Part shown: one piece after another, positions 40,198 to 50,439 of the stretch
Layout: every line of letters begins with the position of its first letter
How positions within the stretch are numbered: the first letter of the stretch is position 1
Assembly: GCA_016187835.1 (NCBI GenBank)
Contig: JACPIY010000050.1
Location: 1,369 to 65,368, forward strand
Direction: 5' to 3'
Source of the DNA: Deltaproteobacteria bacterium
GTDB taxonomy: Bacteria; Desulfobacterota_D; UBA1144; Nemesobacterales; CSP1-2
Length of the DNA: 64,000 nucleotides
The notes under the pieces: generated by a model
What the model was told of the DNA's origin: nothing
The model's database searches: none
What the model saw: only the letters and a program-made list of their open reading frames with translations
Translations under genes and position numbers: made by a program

Positions 40198-41268
40198 TTA
40201 TTTCCCCTCTTTGATACCTCGCCTTCTTATAAAAGCCGGTATTTCAAATTCATCACTTACTGCATCAGCAGGAATTTGAGTTACCATTTTACGCATGCTT
40301 TCTTTTGAGCCCTGTATGCCAGTCGCAATTACTGTAATTCTCACAGAATTTCTCATAGCTTCATCAAACACAAGTCCGAAAATCAGGTTCACGTCCTCGT
40401 GCGCACGATCTTTTATGTAATTGCAGGCTTGGTTAAGCTCTTCCATTCCAAAATCAGGCGAAGAGGTCACATTTAAGAGAATTCCCCTTGCGCCATCTAT
40501 TGATATATCCTCGAGCAGAGGGCTTGTAATTGCAGTCTCCGCTGCTTCTATCCCTCTGTTGTTACCCTCGGCATAACCCGTTCCCATTAGTGCCTTTCCA
40601 CCGTTCTCGCCCATTATGGCCTTTACGTCGGCAAAATCCACGTTGATATAGCCTGTTCCAGTAATTATATCTGAGATGCCTCTGACAGCCTGATAAAGAA
40701 CCTCATCGGCTTTTTTAAAGGCCTCTAGGATGCTTATTTTCTGCACAGTGGTCAAGCGGTCGTTTGGAATTATAATAAGAGTATCTACCTCTCTTTCCAG
40801 GTTTTCTATACCCTCTAGCGCCTGCTTATTTCTCCTGGGACCTTCAAACCCAAAAGGCCTTGTTACGACCCCAACCGTAAGCACGCCCATTTCCCTTAAT
40901 GCTTGTGCCACAATTGGTGATGCCCCAGTTCCGGTACCGCCCCCCATACCCGCTGTAATAAAGACCATATCAGCACCTTCTAGTGCCTCAGCGATTTTTG
41001 TTTGATCCTCAAGGGCGGCTTCTCTTCCGAGTTCGGGATTGCCACCTGAGCCTAGGCCCTTTGTTGATCTTGATCCGATCTGTAGTTTTGTTGATGCACG
41101 GGATTTCTTTAAATCCTGGGCATCCGTATTTGAAACTATGAAATCAACGCCAGTAAGCCCTCTCTCTATCATAGTATTTACTGCATTGCCACCGGCTCCA
41201 CCGACCCCTATTACTTTTATTTTTGCTTTTTGTTCTGTTGCGGTATCCTCGAGTTCAAAATTTGCCAT
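40198..41268 (-). CDS. ftsZ: Cell division protein FtsZ
   Basis: IGVGGAGGNAV, AGMGGGTGTG, NVDFADV, C-terminal IPAFIRR. Confidence 0.98.
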   Translation of the reverse strand: MANFELEDTATEQKAKIKVIGVGGAGGNAVNTMIERGLTGVDFIVSNTDAQDLKKSRASTKLQIGSRSTKGLGSGGNPELGREAALEDQTKIAEALEGADMVFITAGMGGGTGTGASPIVAQALREMGVLTVGVVTRPFGFEGPRRNKQALEGIENLEREVDTLIIIPNDRLTTVQKISILEAFKKADEVLYQAVRGISDIITGTGYINVDFADVKAIMGENGGKALMGTGYAEGNNRGIEAAETAITSPLLEDISIDGARGILLNVTSSPDFGMEELNQACNYIKDRAHEDVNLIFGLVFDEAMRNSVRITVIATGIQGSKESMRKMVTQIPADAVSDEFEIPAFIRRRGIKEGK

Positions 41269-41313
41269 AACTTTTGATCCCTCCTCCATAGTTAATATAG
41301 TAGCTCTTTTAAC

Positions 41314-42546
41314 TTAAAAAAACTCCCGAAACCAGTTCTTCATACTGTCAAATACCTTCTTGAAAACGTTCTCATCGCGAATCCGAAGTTTTTTATCTCC
41401 TTTATATCTAATCCCATATAGAACAAGACCAACCCCAGTAGAATAAACAGGATTCGCTATGATGTCGCTCAAACCCCCTATCCCGCTAGGAACCCCTCTC
41501 CTTACCGGTATCCCAAGAACTTTCTCCGCAAGCTCAACAGTGCCCTCCATTATTACGGTTCCTCCGGTAATCACAGCTCCTGCAGGAATTAAGTCCCGGT
41601 AACCGGAATTCGTTATTTCTCTTCTTACTAGACTTAAAATTTCCTCCACCCTCGGTTCAATTATCATTGCTAAATCTTTTCGGGTAATTCTCCTTGGACG
41701 TCTTCCGCCAACGCTTGCCACCTCTATTTTCTCATCCGTTGAAACGAGTTCCGATAAAGCCACACCGTATTTTTCTTTAAGTTTTCTCGCTTCCGCCAGA
41801 GGAGTGGAAAGTCCAAGTGCAATATCCCTGTCTATGTGATCACCCCCTAATGTCAGATTTTCAGTATATCTTATACTTCCTCCGGAAAATGTTGCAATAT
41901 CGGTTGTGCCGCCTCCACAGTCAATAAGTACAACTCCGATCTCTTTTTCATCCGGAGTAAGTACAGCCTCACTGGAGGCTAGCTGTTCTAAAACAATATC
42001 TGCTACATCCATCCCCGCACGGTGGATACATTTTACAAGATTCTGCGCTGCAGTGACCTGCCCTGTAACTATATGAACCTTTGTCTCAAGCTTGACTCCA
42101 TATATTCCCACTGGGTCCTTAATTCCACCCTGACCATCCACGATAAACTCTTGAGGAATAACGTGAATGATTTCCCTGTCTGCGGGGATTAAAAGAGCGT
42201 TTGCAGATTCAATCACACGGTCTAGATCACGTTTTGCAACCTCACGGCTTCTTAGAGTAATCATCCCGTGTCCGCTTATTCCCTTTACATGGCCTCCTGC
42301 GATTCCTGCGAAAACGGTTCTTATTTCGCATCCGGCCATCTGCTCGGCTTCCTGAACAGCATGGTTTATGGATTGGACTGTGTTTTCAATGTTTACTACA
42401 ACGCCTCTTTTAAGACCGTATGAAGGATGGGTTCCGACTCCGATAATATCTATTTCATCTGGATAATTGACTTCCCCTACAATGGCACAAACCTTAGTCG
42501 TTCCAATATCGAGACCTACAATTAAGTCGGATCCCTTCCTACTCAT
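41314..42546 (-). CDS. ftsA: Cell division protein FtsA
   Basis: GLDIGTTKV, IDCGGGTTD, TGGTV. Confidence 0.97.
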   Translation of the reverse strand: MSRKGSDLIVGLDIGTTKVCAIVGEVNYPDEIDIIGVGTHPSYGLKRGVVVNIENTVQSINHAVQEAEQMAGCEIRTVFAGIAGGHVKGISGHGMITLRSREVAKRDLDRVIESANALLIPADREIIHVIPQEFIVDGQGGIKDPVGIYGVKLETKVHIVTGQVTAAQNLVKCIHRAGMDVADIVLEQLASSEAVLTPDEKEIGVVLIDCGGGTTDIATFSGGSIRYTENLTLGGDHIDRDIALGLSTPLAEARKLKEKYGVALSELVSTDEKIEVASVGGRRPRRITRKDLAMIIEPRVEEILSLVRREITNSGYRDLIPAGAVITGGTVIMEGTVELAEKVLGIPVRRGVPSGIGGLSDIIANPVYSTGVGLVLYGIRYKGDKKLRIRDENVFKKVFDSMKNWFREFF

Positions 42547-42567
42547 CCTCTTCTCCTAGGCTAATCC

Positions 42568-43278
42568 CTAGAGTTTAAAATTTACAACTCCTGTCTTCTC
42601 CGAGCTTATGTTTATATATTTCTCAGTTAAATTTATTCCCCGCGAGTGAGTTATTATCTTTTCTACTTTGTACCACTTCTTCCCTATATTATCATGTCCA
42701 AAATCTATACGCCTTCCATCAGTAGTAAAAACCGTAATTCCATAAATCGAATCCAGGTTAATCTCCGAAATTTGTTTCCAGTTAAGCGCATTACTCTTAA
42801 GGGAAAGTCTTAGAATATCCAAAGCTTCACCCACAAGTTCTGACTTCTCTATACCTTCACCTATAAGAACGGGAAAATCAAGACCCTCATTAAAATTTGC
42901 CTTGCCAAGTTCTTTCCCCTCTTCATTCATATAGTAAGAATCACCAGTCTCTCTAAGGACAACACAAAATGGTTCGGCTTCTTTTACTTTTATTATGACC
43001 TTTTTGGGAAATTCTTTTTCAACACTAACGCTTGTTATCCATTGATTTTTGAGTATTTCCTTTTTCACTTCGTTTTCAAAAAAGAGAATTATGCTTTTCC
43101 CAGCCATTAACCCCGATCTTTTCTGAATCTCTCTTTGTGAAACCCTTTTAGCTCCTATTATTTCTATTTGATTTATGGTGAAAAAATCATAGCGTAAAGC
43201 GGCCAAAAAAAGAACAGCAAAAGTGGTTAAAAAAATTAGACCCGCAATTGAAAGATAGAGTCGTTTTCTTCCTTTCAA
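42568..43278 (-). CDS. ftsQ: Cell division protein FtsQ/DivIB
   Basis: TM plus POTRA domain (WITSVSVEKEFP); position before ftsA. Confidence 0.85.
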   Translation of the reverse strand: MKGRKRLYLSIAGLIFLTTFAVLFLAALRYDFFTINQIEIIGAKRVSQREIQKRSGLMAGKSIILFFENEVKKEILKNQWITSVSVEKEFPKKVIIKVKEAEPFCVVLRETGDSYYMNEEGKELGKANFNEGLDFPVLIGEGIEKSELVGEALDILRLSLKSNALNWKQISEINLDSIYGITVFTTDGRRIDFGHDNIGKKWYKVEKIITHSRGINLTEKYINISSEKTGVVNFKL

Positions 43279-44177
43279 CTTTTTTCCTTTCCTATTATCT
43301 TAACTTCTGTCTCCAGGAGTAATCCTTTTCTTAAAAAAGCTTCTTCACCGGCCATTTGTATGAGTCTTATTACGTCGGATGCCTTTGCACTTCCTGAATT
43401 TACGATAAAATTTGCATGAAGCTCTGAAAATCTCGCTCCACCAATTGTAAAGCCCTTAAACCCAAGCTCCTCCAAGAGCTTTCCTGCTGGAATTTCTGCA
43501 GGATTCTTAAATATTGATCCGGAATTCGACGTCGTTATAGGCTGAGTTTTACTTCTTTTATCCAGGTAGTCTTTAACCCTTTTCTCACTTTCTTTCCTGT
43601 TACCATGCGTTAGAAAGAAAAGTGCCCTTGTGACAACACTGCCTTTGGGAAGATCGTTTTTTCGATATTCAAAGTTGATTTCATCTCTGGATAAAACAAT
43701 CTCTTTACCATCTAACCAAATCCACACCCTCTCAACAACGTCTTTTATTTCACCGTCATTTGCACCCGCGTTCATAGCGATTCCTCCACCCACAGTCCCA
43801 GGAATTCCCGCAGCAAATTCAAACCCGGAAAGCCCCGCACGAAGAGAATTATTTAAAATCGTTCCCAACACCGCACCGGCTTCGGCAAGCACCTTTCCAT
43901 TCTCGAGAATCTGAATATCACGCATCTTTCTTGTGCTTACCAATACGCCTTTTATTCCCCCGTCATCAATAATAGTGTTTGAACCGCCTCCAAGAACCGT
44001 CCAGTCAAGCTCAAGGCAACGAAGAATATTAAAAACCATTATAAGCTCTGACTGGTTCTTGGGATAAACTATTAAATCAACTATGCCGCCAACACGCATG
44101 GAGGTATACCGACTCATAGGAAACCTAGATACGTATTCGCATTCAATCTTATCCAGTTCTTTTACAAGTCGGTTCAT
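43275..44177 (-). CDS. murB: UDP-N-acetylenolpyruvoylglucosamine reductase
   Basis: LGGGSN, GIPGTVGG..MNAGA, YRK, GSIFKNP, HANFIVN. Confidence 0.96.
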   Translation of the reverse strand: MNRLVKELDKIECEYVSRFPMSRYTSMRVGGIVDLIVYPKNQSELIMVFNILRCLELDWTVLGGGSNTIIDDGGIKGVLVSTRKMRDIQILENGKVLAEAGAVLGTILNNSLRAGLSGFEFAAGIPGTVGGGIAMNAGANDGEIKDVVERVWIWLDGKEIVLSRDEINFEYRKNDLPKGSVVTRALFFLTHGNRKESEKRVKDYLDKRSKTQPITTSNSGSIFKNPAEIPAGKLLEELGFKGFTIGGARFSELHANFIVNSGSAKASDVIRLIQMAGEEAFLRKGLLLETEVKIIGKEKS

Positions 44178-45541
44178 GATATATCTCCAACTATTTTCTC
44201 GCCTAACATCCACACGTTTCCGGCTCCAAGTGTAAGCACTACATCTCCAGGTTTTACTATCTCTAATACGCGGCGAACTGCCTCATCCGGCTCATTTATG
44301 TAGAAAACGTTTTCATGTCCATTTTCTTTTATGGCATTGACAAGCTTTTCCGCCGTCACTCCCTCAATGGGCGTTTCTCCAGCCGGATATATATCAAGAA
44401 TAAAAAGTGTATCAACCTCGCTCAAAACTTTTACGAAATCATCAAACAAAAGATGTGTTCTAGTATATCTGTGGGGCTGAAAAATTACTATGATTTTCTT
44501 GGAGAAAGCTTCCTTAATGGCACTTAGCGTTACCCGAATTTCCTGAGGATGATGACCGTAATCATCCATAACCAGAACACCTCTTCCTTCACCCTTTACC
44601 TGTAGCCTTCTATCAATTCCCTTGAATTCCGCAAGCCCATCTCTTATGCGCTCAAAGCTCATGCCAAGCTCCATCCCTACGGCAAAAGAGGCGAGCGCGT
44701 TCTCAGCGTTATGCCTTCCAGGAGTATTAAGCTTTACATCTCCCAGATAAGAGCTCTTAAACAGAGCCCTGAAACTGGTCTCAAATCCAGAAACTCTAGT
44801 GTCCTCTGCTCTAAACTCCGCTTCAGGAGAAAACCCATACGTTGTAAATCTCTTTTTGACGTTCGGTATAATTGATTTAAGACGTGGACAATCAATACAA
44901 ATCACAGCTAGTCCGTAGAATGGGATTTTGTTCAAGAAATTTAAAAACGCTTCTTTCAGGTGGATTAAATTTTGATAATAGTCAAGATGCTCTCTATCAA
45001 TGTTTGTAACCACCGCTATAACTGGAGAAAGCATGAGAAAAGAGCCATCGCTTTCATCTGCTTCGACAACCATGAAGGTTCCCTTTCCGAGATGCGCGTT
45101 TGTACCTAGTGTTTTTACTTTGCCGCCTACTACAATCGTCGGGTCAAATCCTCCAAAGCCCAAAACTGTTGAAATCATGGATGTTGTAGTAGTTTTTCCA
45201 TGACTTCCCGCAATGGCTACGCCGTATTTAAGTCTCATCAGCTCGGCTAGCATTTCGGCTCTGGGAATTAGAGGGACTTTGCGATGCTTAGCGGCAAGCA
45301 CCTCGGGATTATTCTTTTTAACGGCAGAAGATGTGACAACTACATCTGCGTTTCCGATGTTCTCCGGAGTATGACCGATTGAGATCTTTGCTCCAAGACG
45401 TTCAAGCCTCTCAATTGTATCTGTTTTCTTTAAATCAGAACCCGTAATGCTGTAGCCCATATTGAGGAGAACTTCAGCTATTCCGCTCATCCCTATCCCG
45501 CCGATTCCTACAAAATGAATTTCCTTAATTCGTCCGTACAT
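44174..45541 (-). CDS. murC: UDP-N-acetylmuramate-L-alanine ligase
   Basis: HFVGIGGIGMSG, GSHGKTTT, EADESD, DDYGHHP, QPHRYTR. Confidence 0.97.
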   Translation of the reverse strand: MYGRIKEIHFVGIGGIGMSGIAEVLLNMGYSITGSDLKKTDTIERLERLGAKISIGHTPENIGNADVVVTSSAVKKNNPEVLAAKHRKVPLIPRAEMLAELMRLKYGVAIAGSHGKTTTTSMISTVLGFGGFDPTIVVGGKVKTLGTNAHLGKGTFMVVEADESDGSFLMLSPVIAVVTNIDREHLDYYQNLIHLKEAFLNFLNKIPFYGLAVICIDCPRLKSIIPNVKKRFTTYGFSPEAEFRAEDTRVSGFETSFRALFKSSYLGDVKLNTPGRHNAENALASFAVGMELGMSFERIRDGLAEFKGIDRRLQVKGEGRGVLVMDDYGHHPQEIRVTLSAIKEAFSKKIIVIFQPHRYTRTHLLFDDFVKVLSEVDTLFILDIYPAGETPIEGVTAEKLVNAIKENGHENVFYINEPDEAVRRVLEIVKPGDVVLTLGAGNVWMLGEKIVGDIS

Positions 45542-45557
45542 TTTTAAAACAAGCTCC

Positions 45558-45633
45558 AAATCTCAAATACCAAATTCCAAAGAAAAGAATAAACCTTAAT
45601 TGTTTGTGATTTGAGATTTGCTATTTGGAATTT
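45558..45633. repeat. 7-bp-unit hairpin overlapping the murG stop
   Basis: aaatctc aaatacc aaattcc / tttgtga tttgaga tttgcta tttggaa. Confidence 0.8.
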
Positions 45634-46697
45634 GTAGTCAGTTTATATATCTCATCAACGATTTCCCTTGCAGCATCAGGTCTGCCGAGGCTTTTTGCCC
45701 GCTTGTTCATCTCTTTAAGAATATCGTTTTTTAATAACCTACTCACAATCTCAGCAAATTTTTCAGGGATCACATCCTTATCTTCAATTATAACCGCCGC
45801 TCCTGCCTTCTGCATTACCCTTGCATTTTCTAGCTGATGATTGTATGCAGAAAAAGGATAGGGTACAAGTATGGATGGTTTCCCAAGCGCTGTAATCTCC
45901 GCAATGGTACCCGCCCCTGCTCTTCCTATCACAAGATCCGCCTGGCTATAAGCACCCGCCATGTCTTCTATAAAAGGAAAAACCGCCGCCCGAATTCCAT
46001 ACCATTCATAAGTCTTTTTCACATCTTCAACATCCTTCTCACCTGTTTGATGAATTATATTTATATCCTGCCTGCCAAGAATTCCGAATGCCTTGGGAAC
46101 AGAAACATTAAGGGTACGTGCCCCCTGGCTTCCGCCAAAGACAAGAACAGTTATGCCCTCCCTTTCCCTCTGACTTGATTTGCTTTCCAGTAAGATTTGG
46201 GTTCTTATAGGGTTTCCGACTACCATTGTTTTTTTTCTCGGAAAGAATCTGATACTTTCTTCAAATGAAGCAAAAACCCTTCTCACAAATCTCCCGAGAA
46301 GTCTGTTTGTAATTCCAGGAATCGAATTCTGCTCGCATATCGCAGTTGGAATTAGTAGCAAGACCGCAGCACAAACCACAGGTCCTGAAACATAACCGCC
46401 GACACCCACAACTACATCAGGACTGAATTTGTTTATGATCCTGAAAGAATCAAAAAAACCCTTGAAAGCAGGGGCTATGCCTTTTATACCTCTTATCATA
46501 CCCTTGCCAACTATTCCTCTAGAACTTATAAATTCGAGTGTATAACCTCTTTGGATCAGCGATTTTTTTTCCAACCCTTCTTTTGTTCCAATAAAAAGCA
46601 CACTGTTTTCGGGATGTCTTCTCAGTATCTCCTCCGCAATTGAGATTGCAGGGAATAGATGCCCTCCCGTGCCTCCCCCCGCTATTATGACCTTCAT
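45621..46697 (-). CDS. murG: Undecaprenyl-PP-MurNAc-pentapeptide GlcNAc transferase
   Basis: GGGTGGHLFP, EQNSIPG, GGSQGA, HQLENA. Confidence 0.97.
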   Translation of the reverse strand: MKVIIAGGGTGGHLFPAISIAEEILRRHPENSVLFIGTKEGLEKKSLIQRGYTLEFISSRGIVGKGMIRGIKGIAPAFKGFFDSFRIINKFSPDVVVGVGGYVSGPVVCAAVLLLIPTAICEQNSIPGITNRLLGRFVRRVFASFEESIRFFPRKKTMVVGNPIRTQILLESKSSQREREGITVLVFGGSQGARTLNVSVPKAFGILGRQDINIIHQTGEKDVEDVKKTYEWYGIRAAVFPFIEDMAGAYSQADLVIGRAGAGTIAEITALGKPSILVPYPFSAYNHQLENARVMQKAGAAVIIEDKDVIPEKFAEIVSRLLKNDILKEMNKRAKSLGRPDAAREIVDEIYKLTTNSK

Positions 46698-47806
46698 TTT
46701 ACTCCCTTTCTTGAAACACTGAGTATTATTCCCACCCCTCCAAAGCTGCTTATAAGAGAAGTCCCACCATAACTGATAAAAGGAAGAGTAAGACCCTTTA
46801 TTGGAAATAACCCAACGGCAACGGCCATGTTAATACCCGCCTGGAGAGCAATTAACATTGTACAGCCAAAAACAAGGTAGCAGCCGAAATGATCCGATGC
46901 CTTAAGAGCCACCCTAAGACCTCTTACCACAAGAACCCCAAAGCCAATAATTATTGAAAGCACTCCAATAAAACCCAGCTCTTCTCCGATTATTGAGAAG
47001 ATAAAATCGGTGTGTGCCTGAGGAAGGAAAAATAATTTTTGCGTACTATCTCCAAGTCCCGCCCCTACAACTCCGCCGAGGCCGAAAGCAACGAAAGACT
47101 GGACGGCTTGATAACCCGATCCAAGTGGGTCTTCCCAGGGATTTAAAAAAGATATTATGCGTTTCATCCTATAACTTTCGCTCATAACAGCCAGTGCAAG
47201 GAGAAAAACCGAAACAAAACCGGAAGCAACCAGGTAGGGGATTTTTACCTCTCCGATAAAAAGCATCGCGAAAAGCATTATGGTAATTATCACAACCATA
47301 CCAAAATCCGGTTGAAGAAGCAGTAGGACTATATAGGCTCCGGCGATCAGGAGATGGGAAATAAATCCTACGAAGAAGGTATCCATTTTCTCTTTCTTCT
47401 TTGTAATCGAATGAGAAAGGTATAAGACTAAAAGGAATTTTGCAATCTCAGAGGGCTGAAAACTTCCGGGACCAAGGCCTATCCATCTTCTTGCTCCGCC
47501 GACTTCGTCCCCTATGCCCGGAATAAACACTAAAATGAGTATTAACAAACCGAGTACATAAGCAGGATAGACAAACCTCCTCAAGACTCTATAGTCGAGA
47601 TTCATTAAAAAAAACATGCAAGCAAAACCAATCGCAAGGCATATGGCATGGCGCTTGAGGAAATAGCTTGGGTCTTTGAATTCTTCTAATGCGTAAACCG
47701 AACTTGTGCTATAGACCATGAGCATGCCCATTGCCGAGAGAAACACTACCGATATGATAATTCCCATATCGTATCCTTTTCCTTCAAACTGAAATATATT
47801 GGACAA
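46694..47806 (-). CDS. ftsW: SEDS peptidoglycan polymerase FtsW
   Basis: GARRWI..FQPSE, LQPDFG, HTDFIF, LPFISYGG; TTG start at 47806 inferred from an upstream GGAGG. Confidence 0.95.
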   Translation of the reverse strand: MSNIFQFEGKGYDMGIIISVVFLSAMGMLMVYSTSSVYALEEFKDPSYFLKRHAICLAIGFACMFFLMNLDYRVLRRFVYPAYVLGLLILILVFIPGIGDEVGGARRWIGLGPGSFQPSEIAKFLLVLYLSHSITKKKEKMDTFFVGFISHLLIAGAYIVLLLLQPDFGMVVIITIMLFAMLFIGEVKIPYLVASGFVSVFLLALAVMSESYRMKRIISFLNPWEDPLGSGYQAVQSFVAFGLGGVVGAGLGDSTQKLFFLPQAHTDFIFSIIGEELGFIGVLSIIIGFGVLVVRGLRVALKASDHFGCYLVFGCTMLIALQAGINMAVAVGLFPIKGLTLPFISYGGTSLISSFGGVGIILSVSRKGVK

Positions 47807-49118
47807 TTTCTTTGAATCTCCTCCCTCTTTCTTCGTAAGAATTAAACATATCAAAGCTTGAACAGGCAGGAGAAAAAAGCACAGTATCTCCCTTTGCAAC
47901 TTTCACAAGCGCTTTATCCACAGCCTCCTCAAGCGAAGATGCCAGAGCCGTTTCTAACTCTCCACCCAGCTCACTTTGCATCCTAAACCTCGACTCACCG
48001 AAAAGAACTAGAAGTTTTACTTTTTTGTGAACCGTATCCTTTAGGACCTCGTAGCTTACACCCTTGTCCTTTCCCCCTGCTATGAGAATTATGGGAGGGG
48101 GAAAGCTCTCCAATGCCCTCAGAGTTGCCCCAGGACTGGTAGATTTTGAATCATTATAGAACCTACCTTCACTAACTTCACATACAAATTCGATTCTGTG
48201 CGGAAGCGGGTCAAACTTCACTATCTCACTTTCTATTAATTCAGGCTCGCATCCGAGAATTCTAGTGGAAGCAATTGCAGCCAAGGCGTTCTCAATGTTA
48301 TGGATTCCAATAAGCTTCATTCTTCTTAGATCGTAGAGCTCATCTCCAAACCTCACATAGGTTCCGTCAAAGAATATTCCTCCCTCTATGGGAGTTTCCC
48401 CAAAAGGAATCTTCCTGGATTTTATTCTCAAAGAATTATCCTTTATCACAGAGTCATCGCCATTATAAATAGCCCACTCAAGAGGGGTTTGGTTTGAAAA
48501 AAGCTTAATTTTGGACTCCACATATTCATCAAAGCTCTCATGATGGTCAAGATGATTTGGGGATATGTTAAGAAGAACTCCAATATACGGTTTAAATGTA
48601 GATATACCCTGAAGCTGAAAGCTGCTTAGTTCCAGCACGAGGAAATCAAAGCCATCATCATCCTCAGCAATTTGGATAAGAGGAGTTCCAATGTTTGCTC
48701 CCAGAAATATCTTTTTCCCGGATGCTTCTAGAATTCTGGCAATAAGAGTTGATGTTGTCGTCTTCCCATTTGAGCCTGTTATTGCAACTACAGGCTTATT
48801 AATAAAACTCCAAGCAAGTTCCAATTCGCTTATTATCTCTATTCCTCTAGCCCTAGCTTCTTTGACAGATGGTAGTCCAAACGGAACACCGGGGCTTAAA
48901 ACTATTTTGTCAGCCCAGAGAAAGGTTTCATTCTTATGCTCTCCGGCTTCTATTTTTACTCCCAACCTTTGGAACTCCTTAACCTCTTCCCGGAGTTTTT
49001 CAAAAGGAGTAATATCACTTGCCCTTATCTCGGCTCCCTTCTTAAGTAGAAACCTCACCGTTTGAATTCCGGTTTTACCCAGGCCTACAACGAGCATTTT
49101 TTTTCCGCTTAGTTCCAT
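47784..49118 (-). CDS. murD: UDP-MurNAc-L-Ala-D-Glu ligase
   Basis: GLGKTG, TGSNGKTTT, ELSSFQL, NDSKST, SPACSSFD. Confidence 0.97.
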   Translation of the reverse strand: MELSGKKMLVVGLGKTGIQTVRFLLKKGAEIRASDITPFEKLREEVKEFQRLGVKIEAGEHKNETFLWADKIVLSPGVPFGLPSVKEARARGIEIISELELAWSFINKPVVAITGSNGKTTTSTLIARILEASGKKIFLGANIGTPLIQIAEDDDGFDFLVLELSSFQLQGISTFKPYIGVLLNISPNHLDHHESFDEYVESKIKLFSNQTPLEWAIYNGDDSVIKDNSLRIKSRKIPFGETPIEGGIFFDGTYVRFGDELYDLRRMKLIGIHNIENALAAIASTRILGCEPELIESEIVKFDPLPHRIEFVCEVSEGRFYNDSKSTSPGATLRALESFPPPIILIAGGKDKGVSYEVLKDTVHKKVKLLVLFGESRFRMQSELGGELETALASSLEEAVDKALVKVAKGDTVLFSPACSSFDMFNSYEERGRRFKEIVQYISV

Positions 49119-49134
49119 CTACGTACGAATGAAA

Positions 49135-49200
49135 GGGACAAGGATGTCCGTTCTCCCCAATATCAAAATTATAAACACCCAGCTCAGACATTAGTGTCTG
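49135..49200. repeat. Pair of short GACA-N-TGTC palindromes
   Basis: ggacaaggatgtcc and cagacattagtgtctg, similar to 58778-58830. Confidence 0.55.
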
Positions 49201-49322
49201 CCAATCAGCTACACCGCTGGAAACGACGGCGGTCTAGCCCGTAACTACTATTTGATTAAATCGTTAAAAACCAAATTCCATCCTCCACAAGGACGGTGAA
49301 ACCAATAAATGAGCCTAGCTCC

Positions 49323-50432
49323 TTACCTGAGTTTCAGTGTAGAAAGCGCAACCAACGAAAGCACGAGCGAAATTATCCAGAATCTAGTCACTACTTTTGA
49401 TTCGGGCCATCCGTTAAGTTCAAAATGATGGTGAAGAGGAGCCATACGGAAAACCCTTTTTCCGGTGAGCTTGAACGACACTACCTGAATTATTACCGAA
49501 GCAGCTTCCATTACAAAAAGACCGCCTACAACGATAAGAAGAAGCTCCTGTTTGATTATGAGTGCTACCGAGCCTATCGCGGCACCAAGAGCAAGTGAGC
49601 CAACATCTCCCATAAACACTTCAGCCGGGTGAGAATTGTACCAAAGAAATCCCAGACAAGCCCCTCCCACAGCCGCAAGAAATACTGCCAACTCGCCGCC
49701 ACCCGGAATATAGGGGATTTGAAGATATCTCGAAAACTCGGCGTGCCCTGAAAGATAAGCAAAAACTATGTAAGTTGCGACTGCAACGGTTATAGAACCG
49801 ATAGCCAGTCCATCAAGTCCGTCTGTAAGATTCACCGCATTTGATGCACCTACAACAACTATAATTGCAAATGGGATATACAACCAGCCCAGGTTAAAAA
49901 CCGCTTTTTTGAAAAAGGGAAACACCACGGATGTAAACGAGTAATATGCGATCTGATCTACTCTAATTGACATCGTGAACCCTTTTTTTTCACTAAGGAG
50001 GAGAAAAATAAAAAGAATTCCCAAACCAACCTGAAGCAGGAATTTTACCTTTGCACGCATTCCCTTTCTGTAATATAGCTTTAACCAATCGTCCGCAAAA
50101 CCGATGAGCCCATAGCTAATCGTAAAGAGTAGGACAACCCAAATAGTCTTGCTTATCAGATTTACCCAAAGAAGAGCCGAAATAGTTATTGCTATTACGA
50201 TAAATGCCCCTCCCATTGTTGGAGTCCCGGCCTTGGATTTATGTCCTGGAGGTCCATCCGGACGAATATTTTCTTTAAACTGCTTTTTAGAGAGGAAACT
50301 TATAAACGCTTTTCCTAGAATAATGCTTATTAGAAAAGCCGTGACGCCTGCCCCGAAGGAACGGAACGTGATGTATTTAAAAACGTTGAAAAGTATAAAG
50401 TCCTCTTTTAATAAATAAAGAAGATAAAACAT
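49323..50432 (-). CDS. mraY: Phospho-MurNAc-pentapeptide transferase
   Basis: KAGTPTMGG, NAVNLTDGLDGL, FMGDVGS, MAPLHHHFE. Confidence 0.98.
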   Translation of the reverse strand: MFYLLYLLKEDFILFNVFKYITFRSFGAGVTAFLISIILGKAFISFLSKKQFKENIRPDGPPGHKSKAGTPTMGGAFIVIAITISALLWVNLISKTIWVVLLFTISYGLIGFADDWLKLYYRKGMRAKVKFLLQVGLGILFIFLLLSEKKGFTMSIRVDQIAYYSFTSVVFPFFKKAVFNLGWLYIPFAIIVVVGASNAVNLTDGLDGLAIGSITVAVATYIVFAYLSGHAEFSRYLQIPYIPGGGELAVFLAAVGGACLGFLWYNSHPAEVFMGDVGSLALGAAIGSVALIIKQELLLIVVGGLFVMEAASVIIQVVSFKLTGKRVFRMAPLHHHFELNGWPESKVVTRFWIISLVLSLVALSTLKLR

Positions 50433-50439
50433 GTAAAAA

